A stretch of 64,000 nucleotides of DNA from an uncultured Planctomycetota bacterium. GTDB lineage: Bacteria; Planctomycetota; Planctomycetia; Isosphaerales; Isosphaeraceae. The notes under the pieces were generated by a model. That model searched no databases and was not told the origin of the DNA. It saw nothing but the letters and a program-made list of their open reading frames with translations. The position numbers were made by a program, and so were the translations under genes. This document shows, piece by piece, positions 32,196 to 42,629 of the stretch. How positions within the stretch are numbered: the first letter of the stretch is position 1; each line of letters begins with the position of its first letter. The stretch is from the NCBI GenBank assembly GCA_963737655.1, contig CAVTTN010000002.1:896001-960000 (forward strand). Reading direction: 5' to 3'.

Positions 32196-35100
32196 ATGCG
32201 AAGCCCCTTGCACTCGCGGATCGCGGCCTTGAGAGGCCGAGCCCGTCGTCTCCTGGCCCTCCACGGGCTCAGCCTCGTCGTCGCGGCGGTGGCCGTGGGC
32301 GTCGCCGCCGCCGGCCTGGCGGATTGGTCCGTCCACCTGGCCAGGGAGGTCCGATTGGTCCTCCTGCTGGCCCTGGTGGGGATGGCCGCCTACCTGGTCG
32401 TCCGCCACGTCGTCGCCCCGCTGATCGTCCGGTTCCGCGACCTGGACATCGCCATGAAGATCGAACGGCGATGGCCCGGCCTGAATGACCGGCTGGCCAG
32501 CACCGTGCAGTTCCTCGACCTCAGCGCCGCGGGCGAAGGGGACCGCTCCGACGTCCTCGGCTCCAGGGCGTTGCGCGAGGCGACCATCCGGCAGACGATG
32601 GCCGAGACCGACACGATCGACTTCCGCTCGGTGATCGACCCCCGGCCCGCCCGCAAGGCGATGCTCCTGGCCACCGGGGTGATCGCCGCCGGGGCCGCCC
32701 TGTTCGCGGCCGACCCCCGGCTCGGCTCGCTCGCGATGAGGCGGCTGTTCCTGCCGTACTCCTCGCCGAACTGGCCGAAGATGACGCACCTGGAGATCGT
32801 CCAGGCCCCGACCAAGGTCGCCCGGGGCGAGCCGTTCGCCATCGAGGTCGGCGTGGCCCCCGGCGAGCGCGCCCCGGCGTCGGCGAAGATCACCTATTAC
32901 TACGTCGACAACGAGGTCTCGACCGAATCCCTCCGGCCCGACGACCACAACCGCTTCCACGGGCGGAAGGAAGCGGCCGAGAAGTCGTTCAAGTTCACCG
33001 TGGCCGCCGGAGACGACGCCACGGCCGAGAGGAAGGTCGAGGTCGTCCCCCCGCCGGCCGTCACCGAGATCGACCTCCGCCTGACGTTCCCCGAATACAC
33101 CGGCCTGCCCCCACAACGGCTGATGCCCGGCAAGACGCAGATCCAGGCCGTCCGGGGCACGAAGGTCGAGGTCCGAGGGCGCGCGAACAAGCCGCTGGCC
33201 TCCGCGGCGTTCCGTCGGAGCGAGAAGCAGGCCCCGCTGATGGCGTCGCTCGACCCGACGAAGGCCGGCTTCGGCCTGGAATTCGTCCTGGAAGACAGCG
33301 GCCCGCTGAACATCGACCTTCTCGACACCGAGGGGTTCCACTCCCAGGAGAAAGACGCCGTCCGCCTGGACGTCCGCTCGATCAAGGACGAGGCCCCGAG
33401 GGTCACGGTCGAGGAGCCGGCCAACGACCGCGACGTCACGCCCAACGCGGACGTGCCGATCAAGGTCGCCGCCGACGACGATTACGGCCTGAGCTCGATG
33501 AGGCTGGTCTATCGCGTCTCGGCCAGCGGCTCCGAGCCCGGACCCGAGACGATCATCCCGCTCTGGGCCCTCGATTCGTCGGCGGCACCCGGCCCGCTCG
33601 GCCCGGCGAAGCGGCGAGAGGCCACCTACCTGTGGAAGCTCGCGGGGCTGAACCTCGCCCCCGGCGCGATGCTCACGTTCCACGCCGAGGCGAAGGACCT
33701 GGACAACCTCCACGGCCCGAACCTGGGCAAGAGCCGCGAGATCCGCCTCCGAATCGTCACGCCCGAGGAGATCGGCCGCCAGCTCGACGACCAGAGACGC
33801 GCCATCAAGGAAGAGATCGACCGCGTCTTCGCCATGCAGAAGCAGGCGATGATCCCGGTCCAGGACGCCGCCCGGACGCTCGACAAGACCGACCGGCTCG
33901 ACGCCCAGGGCCGCGAGGACCTCAAGAACGCCGAGACGATCCAGAAGCAAATCACGCCGAGGATCAGCGGCAAGACCGAGGGCCTCGACCGCAAGATCCG
34001 CCAGTCCCTCCAGGACATGGCGAACCTCAAGATCGACAACCCCGACGCCAAGAAGCAGCTCGACGACCTCCTCAAGGGCGTCGAATCGATCCGAGACAAC
34101 CACCTCGAACCGGCCGAACAGAACCTCACCCGGGCCTCCAAGGACGCCGAAAACGGCGCTCAGCCGGGCCAGGACGCCGCCCCGAAGGCCCAGGAGGCCC
34201 CCAAGCCCGCCCTGGAAAAGTCCACCAGCCCCTCCGGCAGCCAGTCCAAGAGCGGAGAGCAGGCCAAGGCCGGCGAATCGGCCAAGAACGGAGAGCAATC
34301 CAAGAGCGGCGAGCAATCCAAGGCGGGTGATGCGTCGAAGGCCGGCGAACAGGCCAAGTCTGGGGAACAGGCGAAATCGGGCGAGTCGTCCAAGGCCGGG
34401 GAACAGGCGAAATCGGGCGAGTCGTCCAAGACGGGCGAATCGCAGTCGGGTGAGCAATCCAAGGCAGGCGAAGCCTCCAAGGCCGGCGAACAGTCCAAGG
34501 CCGGCGAACAGTCCAGGGCCGGGGAGGCTTCGAAGTCCGGCCAGCCCTCCAAGTCGGGCGAGCAGGCCAAGTCGGGCGAGCAGGCCAAGTCGGGCGAGTC
34601 TTCGAAGGCTTCGCCGATGAAGAACGCCCTGGCCCAGGCTCAAAAAGAGCAGAAGGCGATCGCGGACGAGCTCCAGAAGATGCGCGATAGCCTCAGCGAG
34701 TTCGAGACCTATCGCGGGGTCGTCCAGGACGCCAAGAAGCTCCTGAAGGAGCACGAAGAGGCCATGAAAGCGGCCAACGAGGCCGCCGCCAAGCCCGACC
34801 TCCAGGCCAAGCCCGCCGAGGACATGACCCCGCAGGACAAGGCCGAGCTCGGCAACGTGGCCGCCCGCCAGCAAGACACCGCGAGGAACCTCGCGAACCT
34901 CGAAAACAAGATGGACGAGATGGCCAAGAGGCTCGACCCGTCCGAGCCCCTCGCCGCCGAGGCCCTCCGCCAGGCCGCCCAGGAAAGCCGCCAGCGAGGC
35001 ACCTCCGGCAAGATGAACCAGGCCGCCGACCAGATCGAGAAGAACCAGATGGGCTCGGCCCAGAAGGGCCAGAAGGAGGCCCAGCAAGACCTCAAGAAGC

Positions 35101-36182
35101 TGGTCGATGCCCTCCAGAACCGCCGCGAAAACGAGCTCGCCCGGCTCGTCAAGGAGCTGAAGCAGGCCGAGAAGGACCTCCAGGCCCTCCGCGACCGCCA
35201 GCAGAAGAACCGGGAGGAGACCGGCAAGGCCAAGGGCGAGCAGGACCAGCAAGCCCGCCAGGAGCGTCTCCAGAAGCTCTCCAAGGAGCAGAAGCAGATC
35301 GCCCAGGACCTCAAGAAGCAACTCCTGAAGCTCCAGAAGCTCGGCGCCCAGGCCGCCGCCCAGGCCGGGGCGAAGGCCGCCGGCAAGATGGCCCAGGCCG
35401 GCGACCAGCAGGACCAGGACGACGCCGAGCAGGCCGAGAAGGGCCAGGAAGAGGCCCTCGCCAACCTCGAAGAGGCCCAGGATGAGGCCGAACAGGCCCG
35501 CCGGGACGCCGAGGAACAGCTCGCGATGGAGCAGCTCTCCAAGGTCAAGGACCAGCTTTTGGGCCTGGCCGATCGCGAGGACAAGGTCATCGAGGAGACG
35601 ACCAACTACGAGAAGGCCCGCGCCAAATCGGGCCTGACGCTCGCCCAGAGGTCCAGCGTCCGCAACCTCGGCCGGGTCCAGGACGCCCTGAAGGACGAGG
35701 CGACCGAGCTCGTCGATCGGCTCGACTCGGCGCCGGCCTTCGCCCTGTCGCTCAAGAGGGCGCAATCGGCGATGGAGGGGGCGGCCGAGAGGCTCGGCAC
35801 CCTGAAGACCGACGAGGAGACGCAGAAGTCCGAGATGACCGCCTCGAAGAAGATCCGCCAGCTCCTCGACGCCCTGAAGCCCGACCCGGCCGCCGGCGCC
35901 GCGGGCGGTCAGGGCCAGCCGCCCCCCGGGGGCGGGCAGCCCGGCGGCGGCAGCCGCGGAGGGGGCGATCGGATCTCCCTGGCCTCGCAGCTCAAGGTCC
36001 TCAAGATCATGCAGGAAGAGATCAACGAGCGGACCGAGGCGATCGACGAGGCCCGGACCCGCAAGAAGGAACTCACGCCGTCGCAGCAGGCCGAGCTCGA
36101 CCGCCTGGCCGACGACCAGAGGACCATCGCCGACATCACTCGCGACCTGACCAAGCCCAAGAAGTCCGACGCGGAGGAATGA
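32196..36182 (+). CDS. Large DUF4175-like membrane-anchored coiled-coil protein with an internal hexapeptide repeat
   Basis: Three TMs, IERRWPGLNDRLASTVQF, DDYGL motif, long Q/E/K coiled coils. Confidence 0.85.
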   Translation: MRSPLHSRIAALRGRARRLLALHGLSLVVAAVAVGVAAAGLADWSVHLAREVRLVLLLALVGMAAYLVVRHVVAPLIVRFRDLDIAMKIERRWPGLNDRLASTVQFLDLSAAGEGDRSDVLGSRALREATIRQTMAETDTIDFRSVIDPRPARKAMLLATGVIAAGAALFAADPRLGSLAMRRLFLPYSSPNWPKMTHLEIVQAPTKVARGEPFAIEVGVAPGERAPASAKITYYYVDNEVSTESLRPDDHNRFHGRKEAAEKSFKFTVAAGDDATAERKVEVVPPPAVTEIDLRLTFPEYTGLPPQRLMPGKTQIQAVRGTKVEVRGRANKPLASAAFRRSEKQAPLMASLDPTKAGFGLEFVLEDSGPLNIDLLDTEGFHSQEKDAVRLDVRSIKDEAPRVTVEEPANDRDVTPNADVPIKVAADDDYGLSSMRLVYRVSASGSEPGPETIIPLWALDSSAAPGPLGPAKRREATYLWKLAGLNLAPGAMLTFHAEAKDLDNLHGPNLGKSREIRLRIVTPEEIGRQLDDQRRAIKEEIDRVFAMQKQAMIPVQDAARTLDKTDRLDAQGREDLKNAETIQKQITPRISGKTEGLDRKIRQSLQDMANLKIDNPDAKKQLDDLLKGVESIRDNHLEPAEQNLTRASKDAENGAQPGQDAAPKAQEAPKPALEKSTSPSGSQSKSGEQAKAGESAKNGEQSKSGEQSKAGDASKAGEQAKSGEQAKSGESSKAGEQAKSGESSKTGESQSGEQSKAGEASKAGEQSKAGEQSRAGEASKSGQPSKSGEQAKSGEQAKSGESSKASPMKNALAQAQKEQKAIADELQKMRDSLSEFETYRGVVQDAKKLLKEHEEAMKAANEAAAKPDLQAKPAEDMTPQDKAELGNVAARQQDTARNLANLENKMDEMAKRLDPSEPLAAEALRQAAQESRQRGTSGKMNQAADQIEKNQMGSAQKGQKEAQQDLKKLVDALQNRRENELARLVKELKQAEKDLQALRDRQQKNREETGKAKGEQDQQARQERLQKLSKEQKQIAQDLKKQLLKLQKLGAQAAAQAGAKAAGKMAQAGDQQDQDDAEQAEKGQEEALANLEEAQDEAEQARRDAEEQLAMEQLSKVKDQLLGLADREDKVIEETTNYEKARAKSGLTLAQRSSVRNLGRVQDALKDEATELVDRLDSAPAFALSLKRAQSAMEGAAERLGTLKTDEETQKSEMTASKKIRQLLDALKPDPAAGAAGGQGQPPPGGGQPGGGSRGGGDRISLASQLKVLKIMQEEINERTEAIDEARTRKKELTPSQQAELDRLADDQRTIADITRDLTKPKKSDAEE
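34248..34604 (+). repeat. Degenerate 18-bp tandem repeat encoding ~20 K[SA]GE[QS][AS] units
   Basis: Translation KSGEQA-KAGESA-KNGEQS-KSGEQS-KAGDAS...KSGESS. Confidence 0.9.
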
Positions 36183-37138
36183 CGATGGCCCGGACCCGAA
36201 TTCTCGCGGCGAGCTTCGCCGCCAGCCTCTGCCTGGCCGCCGCCGGCCTCGCCCAGGACCCCAAGCCCTCGCCCAAGGACGACGACCTCGACCGCCTCCT
36301 CCAGAAGATCGAGGGGGCCAAGCCCGACGTCCCGAACGAGGAGAAGCCCCAGCCCAAGCCGAAGGACGAGGCCAAGCCCGACGCCAAGGCGAAGGAGGCG
36401 GACAAGGACAAGGACAAGCCCAAGGCCAAGGCCAAGCCCGCCGAGCCCGAGGACAAGGCGCTCGACAGCCTCCTCGAGAAGCTCGGCGAGACCAAGGAAG
36501 CCCCGACCACCGAGGGCAAGGCCCAGCCTGGCGACGCCCCCATGCCGCCGCCCTCGGACCAGGAGAAGAAGCTGGAAGACGCCGCCGGCCAGAAGCTCAA
36601 CGACAAGGAGAAGGTGACCGACGAGCACCTCCGCGAGCTCACCGGCCGCGCCCCCAAGAAGAAGGAGCAGGAAGGCAAGGGCCAGGACGAGAACAGCCCG
36701 CTCGCCCAGGCCGTCAAGAAGATGCGCGAGGTCGAGGAACGGCTCGGCCAGCCCGACACCGGCGAGGAGACCCGCAAGAAGCAATCCGAGATCGTCAAGG
36801 ACCTCGACACCCTGATCGCCCAGGCGAAGAAGGCCGGCCAGGCCAAGGGCAAGATGCGTCCGGGCCAGAGGATGAAGGGCCAGGGCCAGCAGCCGGGCGA
36901 TCAGCAAGGCGAACAGCCCGGGGCCAACGCCCAGGGCGTCGGCGCGAGCAAGCCGCAGAAGCCCAATAACACCCCGGCGCTGGTCGGCGACAAGGACACC
37001 TGGGGCAACCTGCCCCCCTCGCTCCGCGAGGAGATGGAGAACGTCTTCCGCGCCGAGGCGTTGCCCAAGCGCGAGAAGCAAATCGGCAAGTATTACGAGT
37101 CGGTGAGCAAGAAGAGCCTTTCCTCGCGGGGGGATTGA
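36179..37138 (+). CDS. Secreted low-complexity / coiled-coil protein of the MoxR operon
   Basis: Signal peptide; K/D/E/P-rich; C-terminal WGNLP..LRE...YYE segment; ATGA overlap with the upstream gene. Confidence 0.8.
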   Translation: MTMARTRILAASFAASLCLAAAGLAQDPKPSPKDDDLDRLLQKIEGAKPDVPNEEKPQPKPKDEAKPDAKAKEADKDKDKPKAKAKPAEPEDKALDSLLEKLGETKEAPTTEGKAQPGDAPMPPPSDQEKKLEDAAGQKLNDKEKVTDEHLRELTGRAPKKKEQEGKGQDENSPLAQAVKKMREVEERLGQPDTGEETRKKQSEIVKDLDTLIAQAKKAGQAKGKMRPGQRMKGQGQQPGDQQGEQPGANAQGVGASKPQKPNNTPALVGDKDTWGNLPPSLREEMENVFRAEALPKREKQIGKYYESVSKKSLSSRGD

Positions 37139-37141
37139 ACC

Positions 37142-38278
37142 ATGACGGCGAAATCGATCCGTCTCGCCCGGGCCGCCGCCGTGGCGGCCCTCGTCCTCGC
37201 GTCCTCCGCCTCGGCCCAGACGCCGCCGCCGCCGGCCCCCGCGCCGGCCCAGCCCAAGACCCCCGCCAAGGCAACCAAGCCGACCCGGGAACGCACCGGG
37301 TTCGCCGAGGCCAGGACCGGCGAGATCCCCATCGGCGCCGCCGAGCTCGTCACGCCCGAGGCGCAACGCGCCATCGAGTCGGGCCTCGACTGGCTCTCCA
37401 AGCAGCAGAACGCCGACGGCTCCTACGGCAGCGGGGCCTATCGCGGCAACGTGGCCGTGACCAGCCTCGCCGGCCTGGCGATGATGGCCTCCGGCTCCAG
37501 CCCGGGGCGGGGCCCGTACGGCACGCAGATCGACCGCGCCTTGCAGTTCGTGATGGACAACACCGCCCCCTCGGGCTTCATCAGCGTCCAGAACGCCGCG
37601 ACCCACGGGCCGATGTACTCCCACGGCTTCGGCGCCCTGTTCCTGGCCGAATCCTACGGGATGACCCGCCGGCCCGAGATTCGCGAGAAGCTGGAAAAGG
37701 CCATCCGGCTGATCATCGACACCCAGAACGGCGAAGGAGGGTGGCGGTATCAGCCGGTGAAGTCCGACGCCGACCTCTCGGTCACGATCTGCCAGATCAA
37801 CGCCCTGAGGGCCGCCCGCAACGCCGGGATCTTCGTGCCCAAGGAGACCGTCGCGGCGTGCATCCGCTACGTGCAGCAGTCGCAGAACCCCGACGGCGGG
37901 TTCCGCTACATGCTCTCCGGGGGCGCCAGCGCCTTCCCCCGATCGGCGGCCGGGGTGGTGGCGTTGTACTCGGCGGCCGTCTACGATTCCAAGGAAGTCG
38001 ATTCCGGCATCGCCTACCTGAAGCAGTACATGCCCGAGATCAAGTTCGGGCAGCGGTACAGCCATTATTTCTATGGTCACTACTACGCGGCGCAGGCGAT
38101 GTGGATCCGGGGCGGGGAGGACTGGAACCAGTGGTACCCGGCGATCCGAGACGAGCTGGTGAGCAAGAGGACCGCGCAAGGCTCGTGGTCCGACAGCGTC
38201 GGCAGCGAGTACGGGACGGCCATGGCCCTGATCATCCTCCAGATGCCCAACAATTACCTGCCCATCTTCCAGCGATGA
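37142..38278 (+). CDS. Exported prenyltransferase / squalene-cyclase-like repeat protein
   Basis: Signal peptide; QW-like repeats QQNADGSY, TQNGEGGWRY, SQNPDGGFRY, QGSW; YGHYYAAQA. Confidence 0.88.
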   Translation: MTAKSIRLARAAAVAALVLASSASAQTPPPPAPAPAQPKTPAKATKPTRERTGFAEARTGEIPIGAAELVTPEAQRAIESGLDWLSKQQNADGSYGSGAYRGNVAVTSLAGLAMMASGSSPGRGPYGTQIDRALQFVMDNTAPSGFISVQNAATHGPMYSHGFGALFLAESYGMTRRPEIREKLEKAIRLIIDTQNGEGGWRYQPVKSDADLSVTICQINALRAARNAGIFVPKETVAACIRYVQQSQNPDGGFRYMLSGGASAFPRSAAGVVALYSAAVYDSKEVDSGIAYLKQYMPEIKFGQRYSHYFYGHYYAAQAMWIRGGEDWNQWYPAIRDELVSKRTAQGSWSDSVGSEYGTAMALIILQMPNNYLPIFQR

Positions 38279-38331
38279 CCCCGACCGGGCCGAACCCGGC
38301 CGGGGCCGCGCATCCGGGAGAGCGCGTCGCG

Positions 38332-39598
38332 ATGACGAAACTTCGATCCCCCCGCCGCCTCGGGTTCGCGGCGGGGCTCGCCCCGTTTCTCGCCCTGGGC
38401 CTCGCCTCGGCGGCCCCCGACGACCAACCGAAGGCCCCGGCCGCGCCCGTGCCCTCGGACCCCGTGTTCACCGCCCTGAAGCTGGACGGCACCGCCGTCT
38501 CCGGCCGGGTCCGCCAGCTCGGGCCCGACGGCCAGGTCACCCTCGTGGCCGACTCGGGCGAGATCCGCCTGCCCCTGGACTCGCTCGTCAAGCTGACCCG
38601 GGACGGCGAGCCGCCGGCCAGCCCGCCCGAGGGGCTCGCTGGTCCTCTTCCCCGGGGGCGACCGCCTTCGGGCCGGGATCGTCACCTCGGACGAGAAGGC
38701 CCTGGAAGTCCAGCCCAAGATCCTCGACGATGCCGCCGTCCACGTCCCCCTGGACAACCTCCTCGGCCTGATCCTCGCGCCCCCCGCCGAGGCCGACGCC
38801 CAGGAGGCCCTGATCGATCGCGTGGCGGCCGAGCCGAGGAAGAGCGAGGTCCTCTGGCTGGCCAACGGCGACCGCCTGACCGGCGGGTTCCTCGGCCTCT
38901 CCGCCCAGAAAGTGGCCTTCGAACGCGAGGCCGGGCCGCCCGAGGTCGATCGCTCGGGCGTCGTGGCCCTGGGGTTCGACCCCGCCCTGGCCTCCTACCC
39001 GAAGCCCGAGGGCACGTACCTGGAACTCACGTTCCTCGACGGCTCTCGCCTGGGCGTCTCCTCCTGCCGGGTCGAGCAGGGGCAGATCGTCGCCGCCACG
39101 CGGTTCGGCGCGACGATCAGTCCCCCCCTGGTCGCCCTGGCCCGAGTCCTGGTCCGCTCGGCGTCGGTCGCGTACCTTTCCGAGAGGAAGGAGGCGGTGG
39201 CCGAGTTCGTCGGCTACCTCGGCCCTCACCGGGGCAAGTACGCGAAGGATCGATCGATCGACGGCCGGACCCTCCGCCTCGGAGGCCAGCCGTATGACCT
39301 CGGCCTGGGCACCACCTCCCGGACCCTCCTGGCCTACCGGCTCGACCCGAAGGACCGCCGGTTCCAGGCCCTCGTGGGGCTGGACGATCGCGCCGGCCCT
39401 CTGGGGAACGTGGTGTTCCGCGTCCTGGTCGATGGCAAGGAGCGGTTCGCCTCGCCGCCGATGTCCTCCCGAGACGCCCCCCGGGCGATCGACGTGGACG
39501 TCTCCGGAGGCCGGTTCGTGATCCTGGCCACCGAGTTCGGCGAGCGCGGGGACGTCCAGGACGGCGCCGACTGGGTCGAGGCCCGGCTCATCCGCTGA
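38332..39598 (+). CDS. Exported NPCBM/NEW2-domain protein; frameshift near 38630
   Basis: Signal peptide; L.NGDRL.G motifs; C-terminal YLSE...GLG...FQALVGLDD...VFRVLVDG...ADWVEARL. Confidence 0.8.
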
Positions 39599-39741
39599 CG
39601 GTCCGAAAGCGGGCCGAACCCTTCCCTTCGGGGCCGGAGTCGGCGTATCGTATCGTGTCCCCTTCGCTTGACTCGATCTTACAAATGGAATGATCTCCTC
39701 CCGGTGCTCCCCCGCGACACCGGCCGTGTGAGCCCCCACCG

Positions 39742-40458
39742 ATGCCCAACGACGACCCGGCGACCACCTCGCAGAGGCTGACGAACCTGGCGCACCTGTC
39801 GTCGGCCGTGGGGCACCACGTGATCAACGCCTATAGCGCCATCGTGAGCAATGCCGAGATCCTCCAGTTAACCACCCGGGCCGGCATGCCCACCGACCCG
39901 GCCGGCGTGGCCGACCTCATCATCCGGACGGCCGTCGAGGCCTCGGGAGTCGCCCGTCGCCTGATCGACTACACCCGCCCGGTGACCACCACCGGCGAAC
40001 GCACCGTCGCCCTCGACCGCCTGATCGCCGAGGTCATCGAGGCCCGCAAGAGCGACGGCGCCTCCTCGATCAACTGGGCCGCCCAGCCCGGGCCGGTCCC
40101 GACGATCCGGGGCAACGCCGACCAGCTCAAGTCGATGATCGGCCACCTCCTCACGAACGCCGAGGAGGCGATGATCGGCTCGGGAGGCACCGTCACGCTG
40201 AGCACCTCGATGGACGAACGCAAATGGATCGTCCTGGAGATCCGCGACACCGGCCCCGGGATGACGCCCGACGTCCAGGAGAAGGCCGTCGAGCCGTTCT
40301 TCACGACCAAGCCCGCCCACATGGGGGTCGGCCTGAGCATCGCCAACGGGATCTGGAGGCGCCACCGCGGGACCCTGGCCATCCGCACCGGGATCGACCA
40401 GGGGACCCAGGTCCGCCTCTGCGTCGATCCGATCGAGGGCGGCCTCTCGGGCCGGTGA
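39742..40458 (+). CDS. Sensor-less histidine kinase (HisKA-like + HATPase)
   Basis: H-box GHHVINAYSAI, N-box LLTNAEEA, G1 DTGPGM, F-box EPFFTTK, G2 GVGLS. Confidence 0.85.
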   Translation: MPNDDPATTSQRLTNLAHLSSAVGHHVINAYSAIVSNAEILQLTTRAGMPTDPAGVADLIIRTAVEASGVARRLIDYTRPVTTTGERTVALDRLIAEVIEARKSDGASSINWAAQPGPVPTIRGNADQLKSMIGHLLTNAEEAMIGSGGTVTLSTSMDERKWIVLEIRDTGPGMTPDVQEKAVEPFFTTKPAHMGVGLSIANGIWRRHRGTLAIRTGIDQGTQVRLCVDPIEGGLSGR

Positions 40459-40527
40459 GGGGCGGCCTTCGATCGGAGGGCCGGAGCCGGTGATCTCGCG
40501 GGGCGGGCCCCGGCCCGGGAGGGTCGG

Positions 40528-41239
40528 TCAACCGCCGTCGCGGGGGATGAGCATCTCGCGGGTCCGGAGCGAGATTCCCAGCCCTGCGGCCCGGAACGCC
40601 TTGTGGACGACCTCCAGGGCCGCCTCTCCACGGGCCGCTCCGGGATAGGCTAGCCAGGCGCGGAACCGGCCGTCCTCGGTCGAGACGTGCGATCCCGAGG
40701 CGCGGGTCTTGCGCCAGGGGGGTGAACGCCCCGACCACCCGGTCGAGGACGTCGGGATCGGGCGAGACCTCGGCCCCTCCGGCTTCCGTCGCGGGCCAGG
40801 CCAGGTTCAGGCTGGAGCTCAGGGTGCGGTCCTCGGCGGTCGCCAGCAGGGCCTGCAACGGGTCGGAGATCGCGTAACGGATGACGAATTTCTCGACGTC
40901 CACGAGCCGGGAAGGGTCGGCCACGTCGTCGCGGAAGCCGTGGCGGGCGGTCTCGGCCCTCGGGCCCGCTTCGCCGGCCGTCGGCGGCCGGATCGGGGCG
41001 ACCCGGGGCGCCTCGGCGGCGGCGGGGGCCGGCGCCTCGGCCGACAGCCGCCCGGCCAGGCGGGCCTGGCTGAGGAGCTCGTAGGCCTGGCAGACGACCC
41101 GGAAGACCCACTCGTCGCCGCCGTGGTCCGGGTGGTGCCGCTTGGCCCTCGCCCGGTAGGCGTCGCGGATCTCCTGGAGCGACGCCCCTTCGCCGACGCC
41201 CAGGATCACGCACGGGTCGAGGGAGAATCCGAACTGCAT
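40528..41239 (-). CDS. J-domain (DnaJ-like) protein; frameshift(s) near 40620-40710
   Basis: DPCVILGV...EIRDAYRARAKRHHPDHGGD...AYELL; probable end ...LIPRDGG* at 40528. Confidence 0.72.
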
Positions 41240-41471
41240 GGCGGTCGGCCCCGGGGGACGCGGTCGGGTCGGTCGTCGCGGGGATTCTAGCCGATCGCCG
41301 CCGGCCCACGCAAAGGCCGACCGCCCTCGGTTCGAGAATTGTGAACGCGTCGGACCTTCGCGGAGGGCCCGGGCCGTCCGGCCCCCGAGAGGCCGTCACC
41401 GGAGAGGTGTATCCCACGGTCGGCGATCGCGGGCCCGACGTCGCCCGCGACCCGATCCGGGACCGGCTTCC

Positions 41472-42629
41472 TCAGCCCTTCTCGATGATCTGGAAGTACT
41501 TGTTCAGGTGCTGCTGGAGGTAGGACCCCCACTGGCTCGTCGGCACGTCGATGGCGTTCTTCGCCTCCTGGAGGAGGTCGCCCCGGCCGCCCAGCTCGAT
41601 CTTCTCCAGGGCCTCGAACCCGGCGGCGTACCTCTGGCGGAAGAGGTCGCGATGGTGCCGGTTGGCGAAGAAGCGGGTGGACTTGCCGGCCTTCGGCGAG
41701 ATCAGGCTGACGGTCTGCCCCCGGGTCCAGTTCTTATTTTGGGCGGGGCCCTGGCCGTCCCCGGTCTTCTCCCGGGGCGCGCGATTCTTGTGGAGGCCGC
41801 CCCCCATGAGCTTGTTGACGATCCCCTGGCCCATCTTGACGTACTCGTCGAACTCGAGCATGACCTTGGAGTATCGGCCGAGGATCTCCTCGTCGCCCAT
41901 CAGGGACGGGTCGTCGAACTTCGTGGCCTCCCGGCCGCCCATGACGGTCGGGTGGGTCCGGTTCAGGAACTTCTTCACGATGTCGAAGACGAGGAACGGG
42001 GAATCGACGTCGGCCTGCTGCTCGACGATCCCGCAGTGGTTGCCCGGCATCGAGTCCCAGCGGAAGGTGTCCGGCTTGTCCCCCCGGATCACCGAGCGGT
42101 CCAGGACCGGCTGGAAGGTCTTCCGCCTCTCGCACTCGGCCAGCATGATCATCAGCTCGACGACGTTGTTGGCGGTGTCATTCAGCTCCAGGTCGACGTA
42201 CATGTGGCTGTTCAGCCGGCCCATGCAGCCGGGCACCGGGTCCAGCGCGAAGATCCGGACCGGGGCCTTGACGCCCTCCCGCCAGAATTGGTTGGCCTGC
42301 TTGAAGCAGGAGGCGCCGCCCCGGCTGTAGCCGCAGATGTTGATCAGCTCGACGGTGATGCCCAACCGCTCCCGTTCCTTCACCCATCGGGTGGCCTGCT
42401 GGATCAGGGCATCGGTCCCCATGCCGAAGAAGTTCCCGCCGATCTTGGTCGCCGTCTGGCCCCCGATCGGCTGCGCCTTCGCCTGCGCGCCGCTGCCCAC
42501 GCCGTAGAGGCAGAGGACGTACTCCGGCCCCATCGCCTCCTTCGCCCCCTGGAAGAGCTTCGTGATGTTGTGGTTCTTCTGGCTCGAATCGACGCCGGTG
42601 CCGTGGTTGAAGATCGTCAGGACGGCCAA
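41472..42629 (-). CDS. Alpha/beta-hydrolase-fold protein resembling DUF2235/Tle1-type lipases
   Basis: FNHGT, YGVGSG, GYSRGG nucleophile motif, LDPVPG, PGNH; GAGG RBS before TTG. Confidence 0.65.
   Translation of the reverse strand: MAVLTIFNHGTGVDSSQKNHNITKLFQGAKEAMGPEYVLCLYGVGSGAQAKAQPIGGQTATKIGGNFFGMGTDALIQQATRWVKERERLGITVELINICGYSRGGASCFKQANQFWREGVKAPVRIFALDPVPGCMGRLNSHMYVDLELNDTANNVVELMIMLAECERRKTFQPVLDRSVIRGDKPDTFRWDSMPGNHCGIVEQQADVDSPFLVFDIVKKFLNRTHPTVMGGREATKFDDPSLMGDEEILGRYSKVMLEFDEYVKMGQGIVNKLMGGGLHKNRAPREKTGDGQGPAQNKNWTRGQTVSLISPKAGKSTRFFANRHHRDLFRQRYAAGFEALEKIELGGRGDLLQEAKNAIDVPTSQWGSYLQQHLNKYFQIIEKG

Noticed and set aside
30144..35765. 1873-aa minus-strand ORF
   Set aside because: Antisense shadow of two well-supported plus-strand genes; expected with high-GC codon bias; no motifs
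37142..38278. Squalene-hopene cyclase (hopanoid synthesis)
   Set aside because: Too short, has a signal peptide and lacks DxDD
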